Positions 26,005-37,794 of a stretch of 64,000 nucleotides of DNA are shown here, piece by piece. The DNA comes from Pseudogymnoascus verrucosus (taxonomy: Eukaryota), in the NCBI GenBank assembly GCA_001662655.1, contig KV460248.1; one strand, given 5' to 3'. Below the pieces are notes generated by a model. That model saw only the letters and a list, made by a program, of their open reading frames with translations. It searched no databases and was not told the origin of the DNA. Within the stretch, counting starts at the first letter, position 1, and every line of letters begins with the position of its first letter. Position numbers and translations under genes: made by a program.

Positions 26005-28923
26005 ATGGATGTTAATGCCGTCCTCGAGGGGACGTTGTCAGCTGGTTAGTTCCCCCGCACAACAACTCCTTTTCTTTCAACTTCTAGGTTTGAACCCTGC
26101 TGACAAGTTTTAGATGCCAATATCCGTGGCAATGCTGAGCAACAGTTGACACAAGCTGCCGACGCCAATTTCGTATGAGACCCCCCCCCCTTGGCTCACC
26201 CCTCTTCCGAGCTTTCTTCGAATTCACCCCTTTGCTAACTTCAGAATTTAGTCTGCATACGTCACGACCCTCGTCACACAGCTTGCGAGCGAAGACGCAG
26301 CAAAGCCTATACGTGTAGCAGCTGGTTTAGCTCTTAAGAACGCCTTCTCTGCCCGAGAGTACGCCCGTTTACGTGAGGTCCAAGAGAAATGGCTTCAACA
26401 AGTCGACGCAGACACCAAGAAGGGTGTGAAAGATATTACACTCCGAACACTTTCTTCGGAAAACGCACAAGCTGGCCAGGCTGCGGCGCAAGTTATTGCA
26501 TCTATAGCTGCCATCGAGCTTCCCAGGGAGCAGTGGTCCGAGCTTATGCCAACCTTGGTTCGCAATGTTGGAGAGGGTGCCGATCATCTTAAGCAATCGT
26601 CCCTTACCACAATTGGTTTCATCTGCGAGAGCGAGGACCAAGATCTACGAGAAAGCCTGGTCCAGCACTCGAATGCTATTTTGACTGCTGTTGTTCAGGG
26701 TGCCCGCAAGGAGGAGACCAATGACGAGGTCCGCCTCGCAGCCATTTCGGCCCTTGGCGACTCTTTGGAATTTGTTAAGGAAAACTTCAAGAATGAAGGA
26801 GAGCGCAACTATATTATGCAGGTGGTCTGCGAAGCCACTCAAGCATCAGATTCTCGCATCCAAGAGGGCGCCTTCGGATGCCTCAACAGAATTATGTCAT
26901 TATACTACGAGACCATGCGTTTCTATATGGAGAAGGCTCTGTTTGGCCTGACTATTATGGGAATGAAGAGCGAGGACGAGGATGTCGCAAAGCTGGCTGT
27001 CGAGTTCTGGAGCACGGTCTGCGAGGAGGAGATTGCCATTGAAGATGACAATGCACAGGTTGACTCCGCGGATCAAATGAGGCCGTATTACAACTTCAGC
27101 CGAGTGGCCACAAACGAAGTTGTCCCCGTACTCCTCACTCTTCTCACGAAGCAAGATGAGGATGCTGCTGACGAGGAGTACAACATCTCTCGCGCTGCCT
27201 ACCAATGTCTTCAACTTTATGCCCAGTCTGTTGGAGGCTTGGTTATCCCACCTGTGCTTTCATTCGTTGAGGCCAACTTACGCCAGGAAGATTGGCACCA
27301 CCGTGACGCAGCCGTTTCCGCTTTCGGCGCGATCATGGAAGGCCCAGACGAGAAGGTCCTTGACCCAATCGTGAAGCAAGCCCTCCCTGTGCTCATTGAT
27401 ATGATGGCCGACAAGGTCCTCCAAGTGCAAGACTCAGCTGCCTACGCACTGGGCCGCATCTGCGAGGCCTGCTCAGAGTCGATCGACCCAGCTCTTCACC
27501 TTCCTGCGTTGATCTCGTCTCTCTTCACCGGATTGGCGAACAACCCCAAGATGGCCGCGTCTTGCTGTTGGGCACTGATGAACCTTGCCGAGCGCTTCTC
27601 TGGCGATATTGGCTGCCAGGAGAACCCATTGTCTCCCCACTTCAACGAGAGTGTTTCGCGTCTCCTGCAGGTTACTGAGCGCCCTGATGCGGATAACCAG
27701 CTGCGCACTGCGGCCTATGAGGTTCTGAACACCTTTGTCATGAACGCGGCCCAGGACAGCCTGCCAACTGTGGCATCGCTTTCCGATGTCATCCTCAAGC
27801 GCTTGGAAGGCACTATCCCTCTCCAGGCCCAGGTCGTCAGTGTTGAAGACCGCATCACCCTCGAGGAGATGCAGACCAGCCTTTGCAGTGTCCTCCTTGC
27901 GATTGTCCAGCGCCTGGAGAAAGAGATTGCCCCGCAATCCGATCGCATTATGCATGTTCTCCTCCAGATTCTCAACACCGTTGGCCCCAAGTCGTCTGTT
28001 CCTGATGCAGTATTCGCCACTGTTGGAAGCTTGGCCAATGCTCTTGAGGAGTCTTTCGCACCATACATGGAGGCTTTCGCTCCATTCCTTTACAACGCAT
28101 TGACCAACCAGGAGGAGCCAGCCCTTTGCTCAATGGCTATCGGCCTCGTCAGCGACGTTACCCGTTCCATGGGCGCCCAGTGCGAGCCTTACTGCGACAC
28201 CTTCATGAACTACCTACTTAACAACTTGAGGGTGCGTTTAGACCCATTTGGCCTCATATATATTAATACTGACATTCACAGAGCACTGCCCTGGCAAACC
28301 AGTTTAAGCCTGCGATCCTTCAATGCTTCGGCGACATCGCTGGAGCTATCGGCGGAGCATTCGAGAAGTACCTCTCGGTTGTCGCACAAGTGCTTCAACA
28401 AGCTGCCACCGTCCAGGCCAGCCCAGAAGGTTCTTACGAGATGTACGACTACGTCATGTCTCTTCGTGAGGGAATTATGGATGCTTGGGGTGGTATCATT
28501 GGTGCCATGAAGTCCAGCGATCAATGTAAGTACTATCGAACTGCGCAACCCAATTCATATGCTAACTATCAGCAGCAGCTCTCCTTTCGCCATACGTCGA
28601 GTCCATTTTCCAGCTTCTCAACGCTGTCCATATTGATCAGAACCGCAGCGAGGGCTTGATGAGATCCGCCATGGGTGTTATTGGGTAAGTTTTAACAGCT
28701 ACTAAAGTGGTTTCATTTTTACTAACAGCATTTTAGTGATCTGGCCGAAAGCTTCCCCAACGGAGAGTTCTCTCAGTTCTACCGCGCCGATTGGTTGACT
28801 TCGATGATCCGCGAGACTCGCTCCAACAGAGAGTTCCAGTCACGAACGATCGACACTGCCAGATGGGCCCGCGAGCAAGTCAAGCGCCAGATTGGCGGCT
28901 CCCAAACCGTGCACCAGACTTGA
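26005..28923 (+). CDS. KAP95: Importin beta-1 (karyopherin), multi-exon
   Basis: IBN_N start (IRGNAEQQLTQAA..AGLALKNA), HEAT repeats, AVEFWSTVCEEE, DAAVSAFGAIMEGP, LREGIMDAW and a TARWAREQVK end. Confidence 0.95.
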
Positions 28924-29610
28924 GCCGGTCAACACCAGTCCGAATACACTTCTGTTTCTGGTTCTAGGGTTGGCGTATCGTCATTCACATAGAACTCGTT
29001 ATCAGCGTCCGTTATTTCCCACCAATACACCCCCAATATTTCAATAATATCTTACAAAGCAGCCTGGCCATTCAGAGGGGTCTTGTCCTCGACCGGCGTT
29101 TTTGATTAATCGGTCAAGTGATCGGTCCCCAGTACCCTCACCAGCACATTTCTAGCACCATGTACAAAAGAACCCCTATACCCCTTTCACAACACATTTC
29201 ATTCGTTAGAAGATTATGAGGCCATGTCACCGAAGATATTCATGTATTCCCCAACTTTATGTAATAGTCATTCCAAGACTTTATTTGGATGGCTGGTGGC
29301 TGGCAAGGAGCGATAGAGAAGACGGGCGGAGGAAAAGGTAGAAGAAGGAAAATGCTTCGCAAGAAAGTTCTTGTGTACAAGCTGGCTGGAAGTGGGATGC
29401 CTGCTTCCATGCCCCATGGAGTCGGAGGAGGCGTGAATTGGACGAATGATGAACAGTGTAGAGAACCCCCCAATCAATGAACACACAGATTCTCATGAAA
29501 TAATATAACTCCGTTGCATATGTGTGCCGTTTTAATTGAGCAGTGCATCTTCAGGCTTACTCTAGGGATAAAATGCTATCTCGTTCGCTATTTACATGTA
29601 ACACCCTATC

Positions 29611-30208
29611 TTATGCGGTCTTAATCCACTCCTGTAGAACTTCCACGACCACACCGTTATCCTCGTCCTGAGACAGGCCGCTCACAATAACCACAGCCAC
29701 CGGGGCCTCCACGCCCTTCACTCTCACAGGGACAGCACCACCGTGAATAGCGTACTTAGACGCATCGGTTGGGCTCAAGCCAAACTTGGCAGCGAAAAGC
29801 TTCTCATCGCCCTTCAACTTCTGGCCCATATACCAGCTGGACACGCCGAAGCGGAAGACGGTCTGTGCCTTGCGCGCGACCCAGACCTCGTTGTCGGGCG
29901 ACACGCCTGCCCTAGCCGAGCATTGGAAGAGAGTTCTTGTTGGGGATAAGGGGGCAGCGAGTCCGCTGGGCGCGACGATGCTGATTAAAGCTGGTTTGGA
30001 GGCGTCGGCGAGGCGTGTTTGGAGAAGGAGGCCGAGGTCGAAGGCATCGCTGGTGGTGAAGTGGGGGACGACGAGGGATTCTTCGATGCGGAGGATCTCA
30101 TCAAGCTGGTGGGATGGTTAGGCGCGTGTGGATAGGAGGTTAGTAATGGATTTGGGGGCTTACATCTGTTGGCGACTTTGCGACGGGCTTGAAGGTAGCT
30201 GAAGACAT
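29611..30208 (-). CDS. UPF0303/YBR137W-like protein (GlcG/HbpS heme-binding-like fold); exons 30208-30164, 30105-29611
   Basis: HFTTSDAFDLG, DNEVWVARKAQTVFRFGVSSW, YAIHGGAVPVRV and VIVSGLSQDED motifs; intron GTAAGC..CTAAC..CAG. Confidence 0.85.
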
Positions 30209-30691
30209 GTTTGAGGATGGCTTTGGTGGGGTAAAATCAATATAAATTCAGGGTGCGGGGTAACGATTGCGACAACGACCACGAAGTGACTGTCTATACA
30301 AGAGATGCTGATTGGGGATTCGGAGTCGCAATTATCGTTGCTAGCTCGATTGATATGTAATTACTGTAAATGGCGTTTGTGAAGTATATATTGTCGAAGC
30401 GTTGAGATATTTGCCTATTTACCTTACTTAGCCCATATTTTTCTATTGCTCATCTGCATAAGTGGACCGTGTTGAGAGAGCGAGTGGGTGGATGACGTGA
30501 CCCTGAGACATACAACACGGTAGATACAGATACATCACCCTGACGAACTATTTTTCGAACGGCAGGTTTATAGATTCTAGCGCTGCCCTTTTATGAATTT
30601 GAGAATAGGAATAAGTAGCTGGGAGGCATCACCTGGATATATATATTCCAACTTTCATTTATACATTCGTTTGCCTATCTACACTCTCCAG

Positions 30692-30758
30692 ACTGTTCCA
30701 CCGACACTGTTCCACCGACACTGTTCCACCAATACTGTTCTACCGACACCCGGGTGTC
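30692..30758. repeat. 14-bp tandem repeat x4 followed by a 14-bp perfect palindrome
   Basis: ACTGTTCCACCGAC x2, ACTGTTCCACCAAT, ACTGTTCTACCGAC; GACACCCGGGTGTC at 30745-30758. Confidence 0.9.
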
Positions 30759-31041
30759 CCGGCAAAAAAGCAGGGGATTGTCGCTTACTTAGCAAGGCGG
30801 TGAGGAACGTGGGGTATGCATGAACAGGCACAAATTAATTATCGCCATTTGCTTTGTCACATATGCCAGTGCACTTTTTGAGGCACTCGTGCATAATAAC
30901 AACCACGTTTCATCCCTTGATCGGGTTGGGCGAAAAGACATAAGTGACCGACACAGCACCTAGAGCGTCTTGCGAGACAAACAGAGTGTTGCCGAAGCTA
31001 CGCCTGGCCCTGGAGACCAGAGCACAGCTTCTTTCTTCGCC

Positions 31042-34000
31042 ATGGATCCGGCCATTACCGATGAGCTCAGCAAGCTCGACGATGGCGTCGCCTTTCGAGC
31101 TTCTCCCGACCATTTCCACCATACTTGGGCCCGCACATTTTACTCTGCGCCCGAATTGTATATCCAGCCTGAATCAATCGAAGAAGTCGAGAAATTGACT
31201 ACGCTGGCACGACGATGCCGACGACGCATTACAACGGTTGGCTCCGGCCACTCGCCGTCCGACTTGACCTGCACCTCAAGCTGGATGGTGAACCTGGACA
31301 AGTTCAACAAGATCCTCTCTGTCGATAGAGAGACCGGGCTCGTGACTATGCAAGCTGGGATACGCCTCTTCCAGCTTTCAGAGGAATTGGACAAGCTTGG
31401 TCTCGCGATGCCTAACCTCGGCAGTATCAACGAGCAGTCAATTGCTGGCGCCATTTCTACTGGAACCCACGGCTCGACTCTGCTTCACAGCATTCTCTCT
31501 TCTTCGGTTACCCGGCTGAAGATCACTCTCTCGAATTCGCAAACAGTCACTTGCTCGCCAGACGAGAATGAAGACCTTTTCCGTGCCGCGCTCTGTTCTC
31601 TTGGCGCCCTCGGCGTCATCACCGAAATCACTTTCCTGGCCGTTCCAGCATTCTCACTCCATTGGAAGCAAACTCTGTACCCCCACAAGCATGTTTATGA
31701 CAAATGGAACGCCAACCTCTGGACACAAGGCGAGTTCGTGAGGGTATGGTGGTACCCATATACTCGCCGCGCAACTGTCTGGCATGCCTCGAAAACTACA
31801 CAACCTGCTTTGGACATCGTACATAAAGCTGCTTCCTTCGATTCCGCGTTTGGTTACCACGTCTACCACAACCTACTCTACATTGCACAATGGGTTCCCA
31901 GGATTATGCCGTGGGTGGAATGGTTCATTAATGGAATGCAATTTGGATTTTCAGCAGGAGAGCAGACTACTATCGAGGCAATTCAGCCATCGCGACAGGC
32001 TCTCCTCATGGACTGTCTATACAGCCAAACCGTGAACGAATGGGCTATCCCACTTCGCAATGGACCAGCTGCCCTTCGCCGCTTGACCTCTTGGCTTAAC
32101 CGACTCCCGCCTACCGATCCCGAATACGTCGAACATGGTATCCCATACAGCGCAGAGGGACTCTGGGTTCACGCACCGATCGAGGTCCGCGTCAGTGATA
32201 CAACTCTCCAGTTGAAGAACACTGACGGCTCTCCACGGAAATCTGTTCGCCCACACCTCGACACATCTGCCAAAGACGGGCCAACTCTCTATCTCAATGC
32301 GACTCTCTACCGGCCTTACAACATGGATCCTCCCTGTCTCGCTCGATACTATCAAGCTTTCGAATATTTAATGAGAGATCTTGACGGCAAACCTCACTGG
32401 GCAAAGAACTTCGAGACCACGAACGAACAACTAAAGGAAATGTACGGCGACGACCTAAAGTCGTGGCTCAATGTCAGAAACGAGGCAGACCCCGAAGGGA
32501 TGTTTGTTGGCGCGTGGCACAGAGAGTATATCCTGGGCGACGAACAACCAAGATTTGCGCTCGAAGAAGCTGAAGTCGACAGAAAGCCCATGCGAAAAGG
32601 TGGCGTTCAGATCTTCGGAGAGCTCACGTCTAAAACGGCACAAAAGGAGCGCGACGACGTAGAAGAGACGCCTATCGCCGTATCTGAAAATGTCTCTAGC
32701 TACTCAAGCCAATCGAGCTTCGACTTCCTCAACAGCAGCGAGGCTACAGAGAGCCAGCACCTGCCGACTTCCAGCACAACCGGGACAAAGGGAAAGGGAC
32801 TTGCAGAGGCAATGGAAGAAGTTTCCGGGAACAGTGAACTAACTGAGGCTGTGACCCCGGCGGCTACAATTGCCACATTGAACAGCAGCATTTCCAGCAT
32901 TGAAGCTGTTCTTCGCGACCTTGCTGATAGCCAGACTGCTACGTCTGAGAATACCGCTTCATCGACCCCAGACGGTTCTTTCCTGGAGAAGTCCGAGGAA
33001 ATTACTTCTACGTCCGAAGAAGCTGCTGCTGCCGAAGAAGCTGCACTCGTGGCCGAATTCTGGGCTGGTGCAGCTGCCGCGAAAGCAGAGGCTGCCGCAA
33101 GGGAAGAAGCCGCCGCCAAGGAAGCCGCCGCTCAGCAAGAAGCTGCCGCGAAAGAGCAAGCCGCCAAGGAGCAAGCTGCAAAGGAAGAAGCTGCCCAAAA
33201 GGAACAAGCTGCTAAGGAGCAAGCCGCAAGGGAACAAGTTGCTAAGGACCTAGCTGCCAAGGAAGAAGCTACCCGGAAGGAGCAAGCTGCTAAGGAAGAA
33301 GCTGCCCGGAAGGAACAGGCTGCCAAGGAGCAAGCTGCGAAGGAAGAAGCTGCCCGAAAGGAACAAGCAGCAAAGGAACAAGCAGCTAAGGAACAGGCTG
33401 CTAAGGAGGAAGCTACCCGGAAAGCAGAAGCTGCTGCGAAGGAACAGGCCGCTAAGGAGCAAGCTGCAAAGGAGCAGGCAGCTATGGAGCAGGCTGCCGA
33501 GGAGAAGAAAGCTGCCGAGAAGAAGGCCGCCGAGGAGAAGAAGGCTGCCGAGGAGAAGAAGGCGGCCGAGGAAAAGAAGGCTGCCGAGGAGAAGAAGGCG
33601 GCCGAGGAAAAGAAGGCTGCCGAGGAGAAGAAGGCGGCCGAGGAAAAGAAGGCGGCCGAGGAGAAGAAGGCGGCCGAGGAGAAGAAGGCGGCCGAGGAAA
33701 AAAAGGCCGCTGAGGAGAAGAAGGCCGCTGAGGAGAAGAAGGCCGCTGATGAGAAGAAGGCTGCTGAAGAGAAGGAGGCCGCCGAGGAGAAGAAGGCTGC
33801 TGAAGAGAAGGCTGCAAAGGAGAAAAAGGCCGCCGAGGAGAAGAAGGCTGCTGAAGAGAAGGCTGCCGAGGAGAAGGCTGCAAAGGAGAAGGCCGCTAAG
33901 GAGAAGGCCGCTAAGGAGCAAGCAGAGAAGGAGAAGAAGGCCGCCGAGGAGAAGAAGGCTGCTGAAGAGAAGGCCGCCGAGGAGAAGGCTGCAAAGGAGA

Positions 34001-35337
34001 AGGCCGCTAAGGAGCAAGCAGAGAAGGAGGAAGCTGCCCGGAAGGAGCAGGTTGCCAAGGAGCAAGCCGCAAAGGAGCAAGCTGCTAAGGAGAAGGCTGC
34101 TCAGGAAAAGGCTGCAAAGGAGCAAGCTGCCAAGAAGGCTGCTGAGGAGAAGGCTGCTAAGGAAGAAGCCGACCGGAAGGCAAAGGAGCAAGCCGCAAAG
34201 GAGCAAGCTGCCAAGGAAGAAGCTACCCGGAAGGCAGAAGCTGCCAAGAAGGCTGCAGAGGAGCAGGCTGCTAAAGAGCAGGCCGTAAAGGAGCAAGCAG
34301 CGAAGGAGGAAGCTACCCGAAAGGCTGAAGCTGCAGCGAAGGAGCAAGCCGCAAAGGAGCAGGCAGAAAAGGAAGAAGCTACCCGGAAAGCAGAAGCTGC
34401 TGCCAAGGAGGAAGCTGCTAAGAAGGCTGCACAGGAGCAGGCTGCTAAGGAAAAGGCCGCGAAGGAGCAGGCTGCCAAGCAAGTTGCGGAGGAAAAGGCT
34501 GCGAAGGAACAGGCGGTTGCTAAGGAGAAGGTTGCCAAGGATCAAGCTGCGAAGGAGCAAGCTGCCGCTAAGAAAGAAGCTGCTGCGAAAGAATCAGCTG
34601 CCGCAAAGAAGCCAGCTAACCCAAAGAAGTCAGCCAAGGATGCTGAGGAAAAGACAACGACCACGAAAGCGAGGCGTCTGTCGTTCGCCAAAGCAGCTGC
34701 CCTCACCCCCGAGGAAGCACCGAAATCCACCGAGCCCGCTGCGCCAGTCCTAGACCTGCACCACCTGCCACCATCACCATCGGCACCTAAAGCCAATGGC
34801 AATGGCCGCCACGTCCTCCCTCTCCAACCACGCCCCAACGGCGCGCATGCCAAGTCCAAGGCATCCACCACCAAGGAGGGAGAATCCCCGAAGGCAGCAG
34901 TAAAGAAGGAGCAGCAGCAAAGCACTACCACTGATGCCGCCGCAGCATCCCCGAAGCAGGCAAAGAAGGAGCAGCAGCAAAGCGCCACCATCACTGACGC
35001 AGCTCCCTCCAAACGCGAAGCCTTCGACGGCAGCGCCTCCACGCGCGCCGCCAAACGCGCCAAGCTCGCTGAGCTGACCGAGCAATTCGTGCAAGTCGAG
35101 ACGGTAGAGGTGACGCAGCAGAAGGAGAATGTAGCCCCGGTTGTGGCGAGACCGAACTCGCTGGATGATATGCTAGAGGAGCAGGCGAGGGCGAGGGGGG
35201 AGAGGAAGGTGGAGGGGGGGTGGAGACCGCAGGCGAGGCCGAATTCCTTGGATGAGTTGATTGAGGAGCAGAAGAGGGGAGGGGAGGGGAAGACTGCGGA
35301 GGGGGGGTGGAGACCACAGCTTAGGGCTAATTCGTAG
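31042..35337 (+). CDS. ALO1: D-arabinono-1,4-lactone oxidase with a ~900-aa C-terminal extension containing A/E/K/Q repeats
   Basis: TWARTF, covalent-[44 protein letters not shown] and PHWAK in the first ~530 aa; the ORF stays open for 1431 aa. Confidence 0.9.
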   Translation: MDPAITDELSKLDDGVAFRASPDHFHHTWARTFYSAPELYIQPESIEEVEKLTTLARRCRRRITTVGSGHSPSDLTCTSSWMVNLDKFNKILSVDRETGLVTMQAGIRLFQLSEELDKLGLAMPNLGSINEQSIAGAISTGTHGSTLLHSILSSSVTRLKITLSNSQTVTCSPDENEDLFRAALCSLGALGVITEITFLAVPAFSLHWKQTLYPHKHVYDKWNANLWTQGEFVRVWWYPYTRRATVWHASKTTQPALDIVHKAASFDSAFGYHVYHNLLYIAQWVPRIMPWVEWFINGMQFGFSAGEQTTIEAIQPSRQALLMDCLYSQTVNEWAIPLRNGPAALRRLTSWLNRLPPTDPEYVEHGIPYSAEGLWVHAPIEVRVSDTTLQLKNTDGSPRKSVRPHLDTSAKDGPTLYLNATLYRPYNMDPPCLARYYQAFEYLMRDLDGKPHWAKNFETTNEQLKEMYGDDLKSWLNVRNEADPEGMFVGAWHREYILGDEQPRFALEEAEVDRKPMRKGGVQIFGELTSKTAQKERDDVEETPIAVSENVSSYSSQSSFDFLNSSEATESQHLPTSSTTGTKGKGLAEAMEEVSGNSELTEAVTPAATIATLNSSISSIEAVLRDLADSQTATSENTASSTPDGSFLEKSEEITSTSEEAAAAEEAALVAEFWAGAAAAKAEAAAREEAAAKEAAAQQEAAAKEQAAKEQAAKEEAAQKEQAAKEQAAREQVAKDLAAKEEATRKEQAAKEEAARKEQAAKEQAAKEEAARKEQAAKEQAAKEQAAKEEATRKAEAAAKEQAAKEQAAKEQAAMEQAAEEKKAAEKKAAEEKKAAEEKKAAEEKKAAEEKKAAEEKKAAEEKKAAEEKKAAEEKKAAEEKKAAEEKKAAEEKKAAEEKKAADEKKAAEEKEAAEEKKAAEEKAAKEKKAAEEKKAAEEKAAEEKAAKEKAAKEKAAKEQAEKEKKAAEEKKAAEEKAAEEKAAKEKAAKEQAEKEEAARKEQVAKEQAAKEQAAKEKAAQEKAAKEQAAKKAAEEKAAKEEADRKAKEQAAKEQAAKEEATRKAEAAKKAAEEQAAKEQAVKEQAAKEEATRKAEAAAKEQAAKEQAEKEEATRKAEAAAKEEAAKKAAQEQAAKEKAAKEQAAKQVAEEKAAKEQAVAKEKVAKDQAAKEQAAAKKEAAAKESAAAKKPANPKKSAKDAEEKTTTTKARRLSFAKAAALTPEEAPKSTEPAAPVLDLHHLPPSPSAPKANGNGRHVLPLQPRPNGAHAKSKASTTKEGESPKAAVKKEQQQSTTTDAAAASPKQAKKEQQQSATITDAAPSKREAFDGSASTRAAKRAKLAELTEQFVQVETVEVTQQKENVAPVVARPNSLDDMLEEQARARGERKVEGGWRPQARPNSLDELIEEQKRGGEGKTAEGGWRPQLRANS
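33070..34611 (+). repeat. Coding repeat array: [10 protein letters not shown] 15-bp units flanking a central AAEEKK 18-bp array (~33493-33810)
   Basis: Visible in both DNA and translation, with variable third codon positions. Confidence 0.95.
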
Positions 35338-35949
35338 AGGAAGATGAGGGGAGGGAAGGGTGGTAGGGGGGGCGGGGGGTGTTTTGATATTTGATTGATT
35401 TGCTTTGGTGTGTATTATACAGCTGACTGCTATGTCTGGCGTCATAGAGGGAGATTAGATATGTTGCGATAGAATCTCCATACAATAAACCTCTACTTAA
35501 AATACTTGACTTCTAAAGATGAATTGAAGGGTTCTCGAAGGGTCCTTCGAGGACTCTTCGATGTCTTATGTGTATCACAAGATGTCACTATCCCCAGATG
35601 TGCAAAATATGTACTTGACTGTGAATCTCTTTCGTCTTCATAGATCCGAGTAATTAGTTTCGTGACCATCTACTCTAGTCCGTCTCTCTGTCCATCCATC
35701 CGTGTATATCTTCCAGAAAACGCCAAACGCCATCCCAAAATGCAAAACCCGGCTAGTATGTAGGTAGCCACCACCTATGCCAGTTGGTATACCAAACGCC
35801 CCCCTTCCCAGATCCGATTCCCATATCTTCCCCTCCCAAATGCAGCCTTTATACAAAATCCTACTCCAGAATCTCCGTAAATATATACTTCCTCTCCCAC
35901 CGCAGCGCGGTCGAGTGGTCCTCCTTCCCACCTCCTTCCTGGTAGACGC

Positions 35950-37794
35950 TCACCACGTAAACGCCTCCTCCACAAAATCAATAACCCCGCATCCCTGCAC
36001 CTCCCTCACAACCTCGCGGACATTATCGGCCAGGCCTCCCGGTCCACAAACCGTAACGCACATAGCGCCTACCTGGTTTACAACCTCATTAAGTAGAAGC
36101 ACGCGGATATTCGGACGCCCAGGGAACATCTGCACCGTCTGACTCGGACTCGTCACCTCAGCCGCGGAGCGCGGTCTCGTGACAAACAACTTGATAACCA
36201 ACAGCTCCCGACGCTGCGGCATGCGCAGCAACTCGTCCATCCACGGACGCACCCACTCCAGGTGCTCGAGGTCGCGGACGATCCAGATGAGTGTTATCTT
36301 GCGAGTTGCGATAGTGCCGTGCGGGTACTCTGTTAGGAGCTGGTGAACGTGTGAGATCTGGTGGGTGATTCCCGAGGACCCGGCGACGAGGACGCAGTGT
36401 CCGTAAGACGCGAGAGAGTGGTGGCCAGCGTAGGGTCCCTCGAAGGCGGCGCGGGTGCGGAGACGGTGGGAGGGAGCGGCGAGAGCGCGGGTGTAGAGGG
36501 AGCGCGTCATGCCTGTGTGTGCGGAGATGAGGAAGGAGACGGAAGTGCGCGCGGATTTGGGGATGGGGGAGTCAGGCGCCTTTTCGGTGGTGGGGAGGAC
36601 GCCGATGGTATCGATGCAGGTGTGGCTCGTCCAGGCGATGGAGAAGGGGTGGGATTCCCAGGGCTTGATGGACAGGAAGCGGAGGTAGGCGTGGGAGCCG
36701 GGGGCGACGTGGAGGAAGGTGGGGAGGTGGAGGGTGACGCGGCAGGCGTCGCCGGGGAGAGCTTCGACGGTGGCGTAGGTGCTGCCGCGGGAGGAGTAGT
36801 TGTAGTAGATTATGCGGGCGAAGCGGGAGAGGCGGTCGAAGAACCAGATTGCTAGGACGCCGATTGCGTAGGGGAGGAGCTCGTAGAGCTGGCCGAGCTT
36901 GCAGTGCACGCAGACGGCGAGGATGGCGGCGAAGGCGAGGATGATGTGGATGTTGAGGAAGGTCTCATAGAAGGCGTGGCGGAGGGGGGAGGGGGAGGAG
37001 ATCAGAATGATGAACATAGACGCAGTCCCGATAGTTCCCCACAGAATGAAAGGGTCGTGGGAGATTTTTCTGCCGACGCTCGACCAGCCATCGCTGGCAA
37101 TTTGGGTGATTAGCCAGGCGAGTGTGTGGATGAGGGATTCAAAGACCACCATCCTTCCCATCCAGCGGTGGAGCAAGTTGTAGGTGTCGAAGCTGATCTT
37201 TAGCATGGGGATGAGGATATTGTTGCGCCCAGCGAAGATAACAAGGGGAACCATGTTCGATAGAGCAAGCATGCCACTTCTTCCTCGTAGTTGAGCAACG
37301 ACAGACCATCGGTTCTCAACACTGTAGTCGAGTGCAGCGCAGTACGCGAAGTTGGATATGAAGTAGACGGTTAGGAGAACCATGTGGAAACGAGAGGGTA
37401 AGGTGCCGACGCTGACAGCAGAGGAAAGGCGCATCTCTCTGTTGTGTCTCTTACTCCCAAGAGGGGCGTATGTTATATTCCTCTTGATCCATGGCCACCA
37501 TGCGGACTGGTTATCTCTCCAGAATACTTGACGACCCTCTGGCTTGCCCATTGCGACCTTGTGTCGGATCCATGCCCTGGATATTTCTAGCATCCTGATC
37601 AGAAGGACGCAAATTCCGAGGATTCCTAGGAACCAAAACAAGGCATCTCGGTAGCGTCTATTGCCCAGTTGATCAACGCCATTTAAAGCTGTGGTATATG
37701 GCTCGATCGTGGGGTTTGGTCCTGAAATTCCAGTTGTTGGTGTACTTGATAGTGATCCGAGTGAGGATAACTCGGTTGACGACTCGGCCGCCAT
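35950..37794 (-). CDS. Ferric/cupric reductase transmembrane component (FRE family)
   Basis: Heme-His motifs LLHRWMGR, LIHTLAW and FLNIHIILA; FAD-binding SHPFSIA; EGPY; VAGSSGIT; VCGPGGLAD; FVEEAFTW C-terminus. The start codon is uncertain. Confidence 0.93.
   Translation of the reverse strand: MAAESSTELSSLGSLSSTPTTGISGPNPTIEPYTTALNGVDQLGNRRYRDALFWFLGILGICVLLIRMLEISRAWIRHKVAMGKPEGRQVFWRDNQSAWWPWIKRNITYAPLGSKRHNREMRLSSAVSVGTLPSRFHMVLLTVYFISNFAYCAALDYSVENRWSVVAQLRGRSGMLALSNMVPLVIFAGRNNILIPMLKISFDTYNLLHRWMGRMVVFESLIHTLAWLITQIASDGWSSVGRKISHDPFILWGTIGTASMFIILISSPSPLRHAFYETFLNIHIILAFAAILAVCVHCKLGQLYELLPYAIGVLAIWFFDRLSRFARIIYYNYSSRGSTYATVEALPGDACRVTLHLPTFLHVAPGSHAYLRFLSIKPWESHPFSIAWTSHTCIDTIGVLPTTEKAPDSPIPKSARTSVSFLISAHTGMTRSLYTRALAAPSHRLRTRAAFEGPYAGHHSLASYGHCVLVAGSSGITHQISHVHQLLTEYPHGTIATRKITLIWIVRDLEHLEWVRPWMDELLRMPQRRELLVIKLFVTRPRSAAEVTSPSQTVQMFPGRPNIRVLLLNEVVNQVGAMCVTVCGPGGLADNVREVVREVQGCGVIDFVEEAFTW

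Noticed and set aside
33132..34560. Long antisense and alternate-frame ORFs (308 aa, 436 aa, Arg-rich 179 aa)
   Set aside because: Shadows of the stop-poor A/E/K repeat within the ALO1 frame.
35534..35551. Hairpin CTCGAAGG-GT-CCTTCGAG between the convergent ALO1 and FRE genes
   Set aside because: Intrinsic hairpin terminators are not expected for Pol II genes, and an 8-bp stem is weak evidence.
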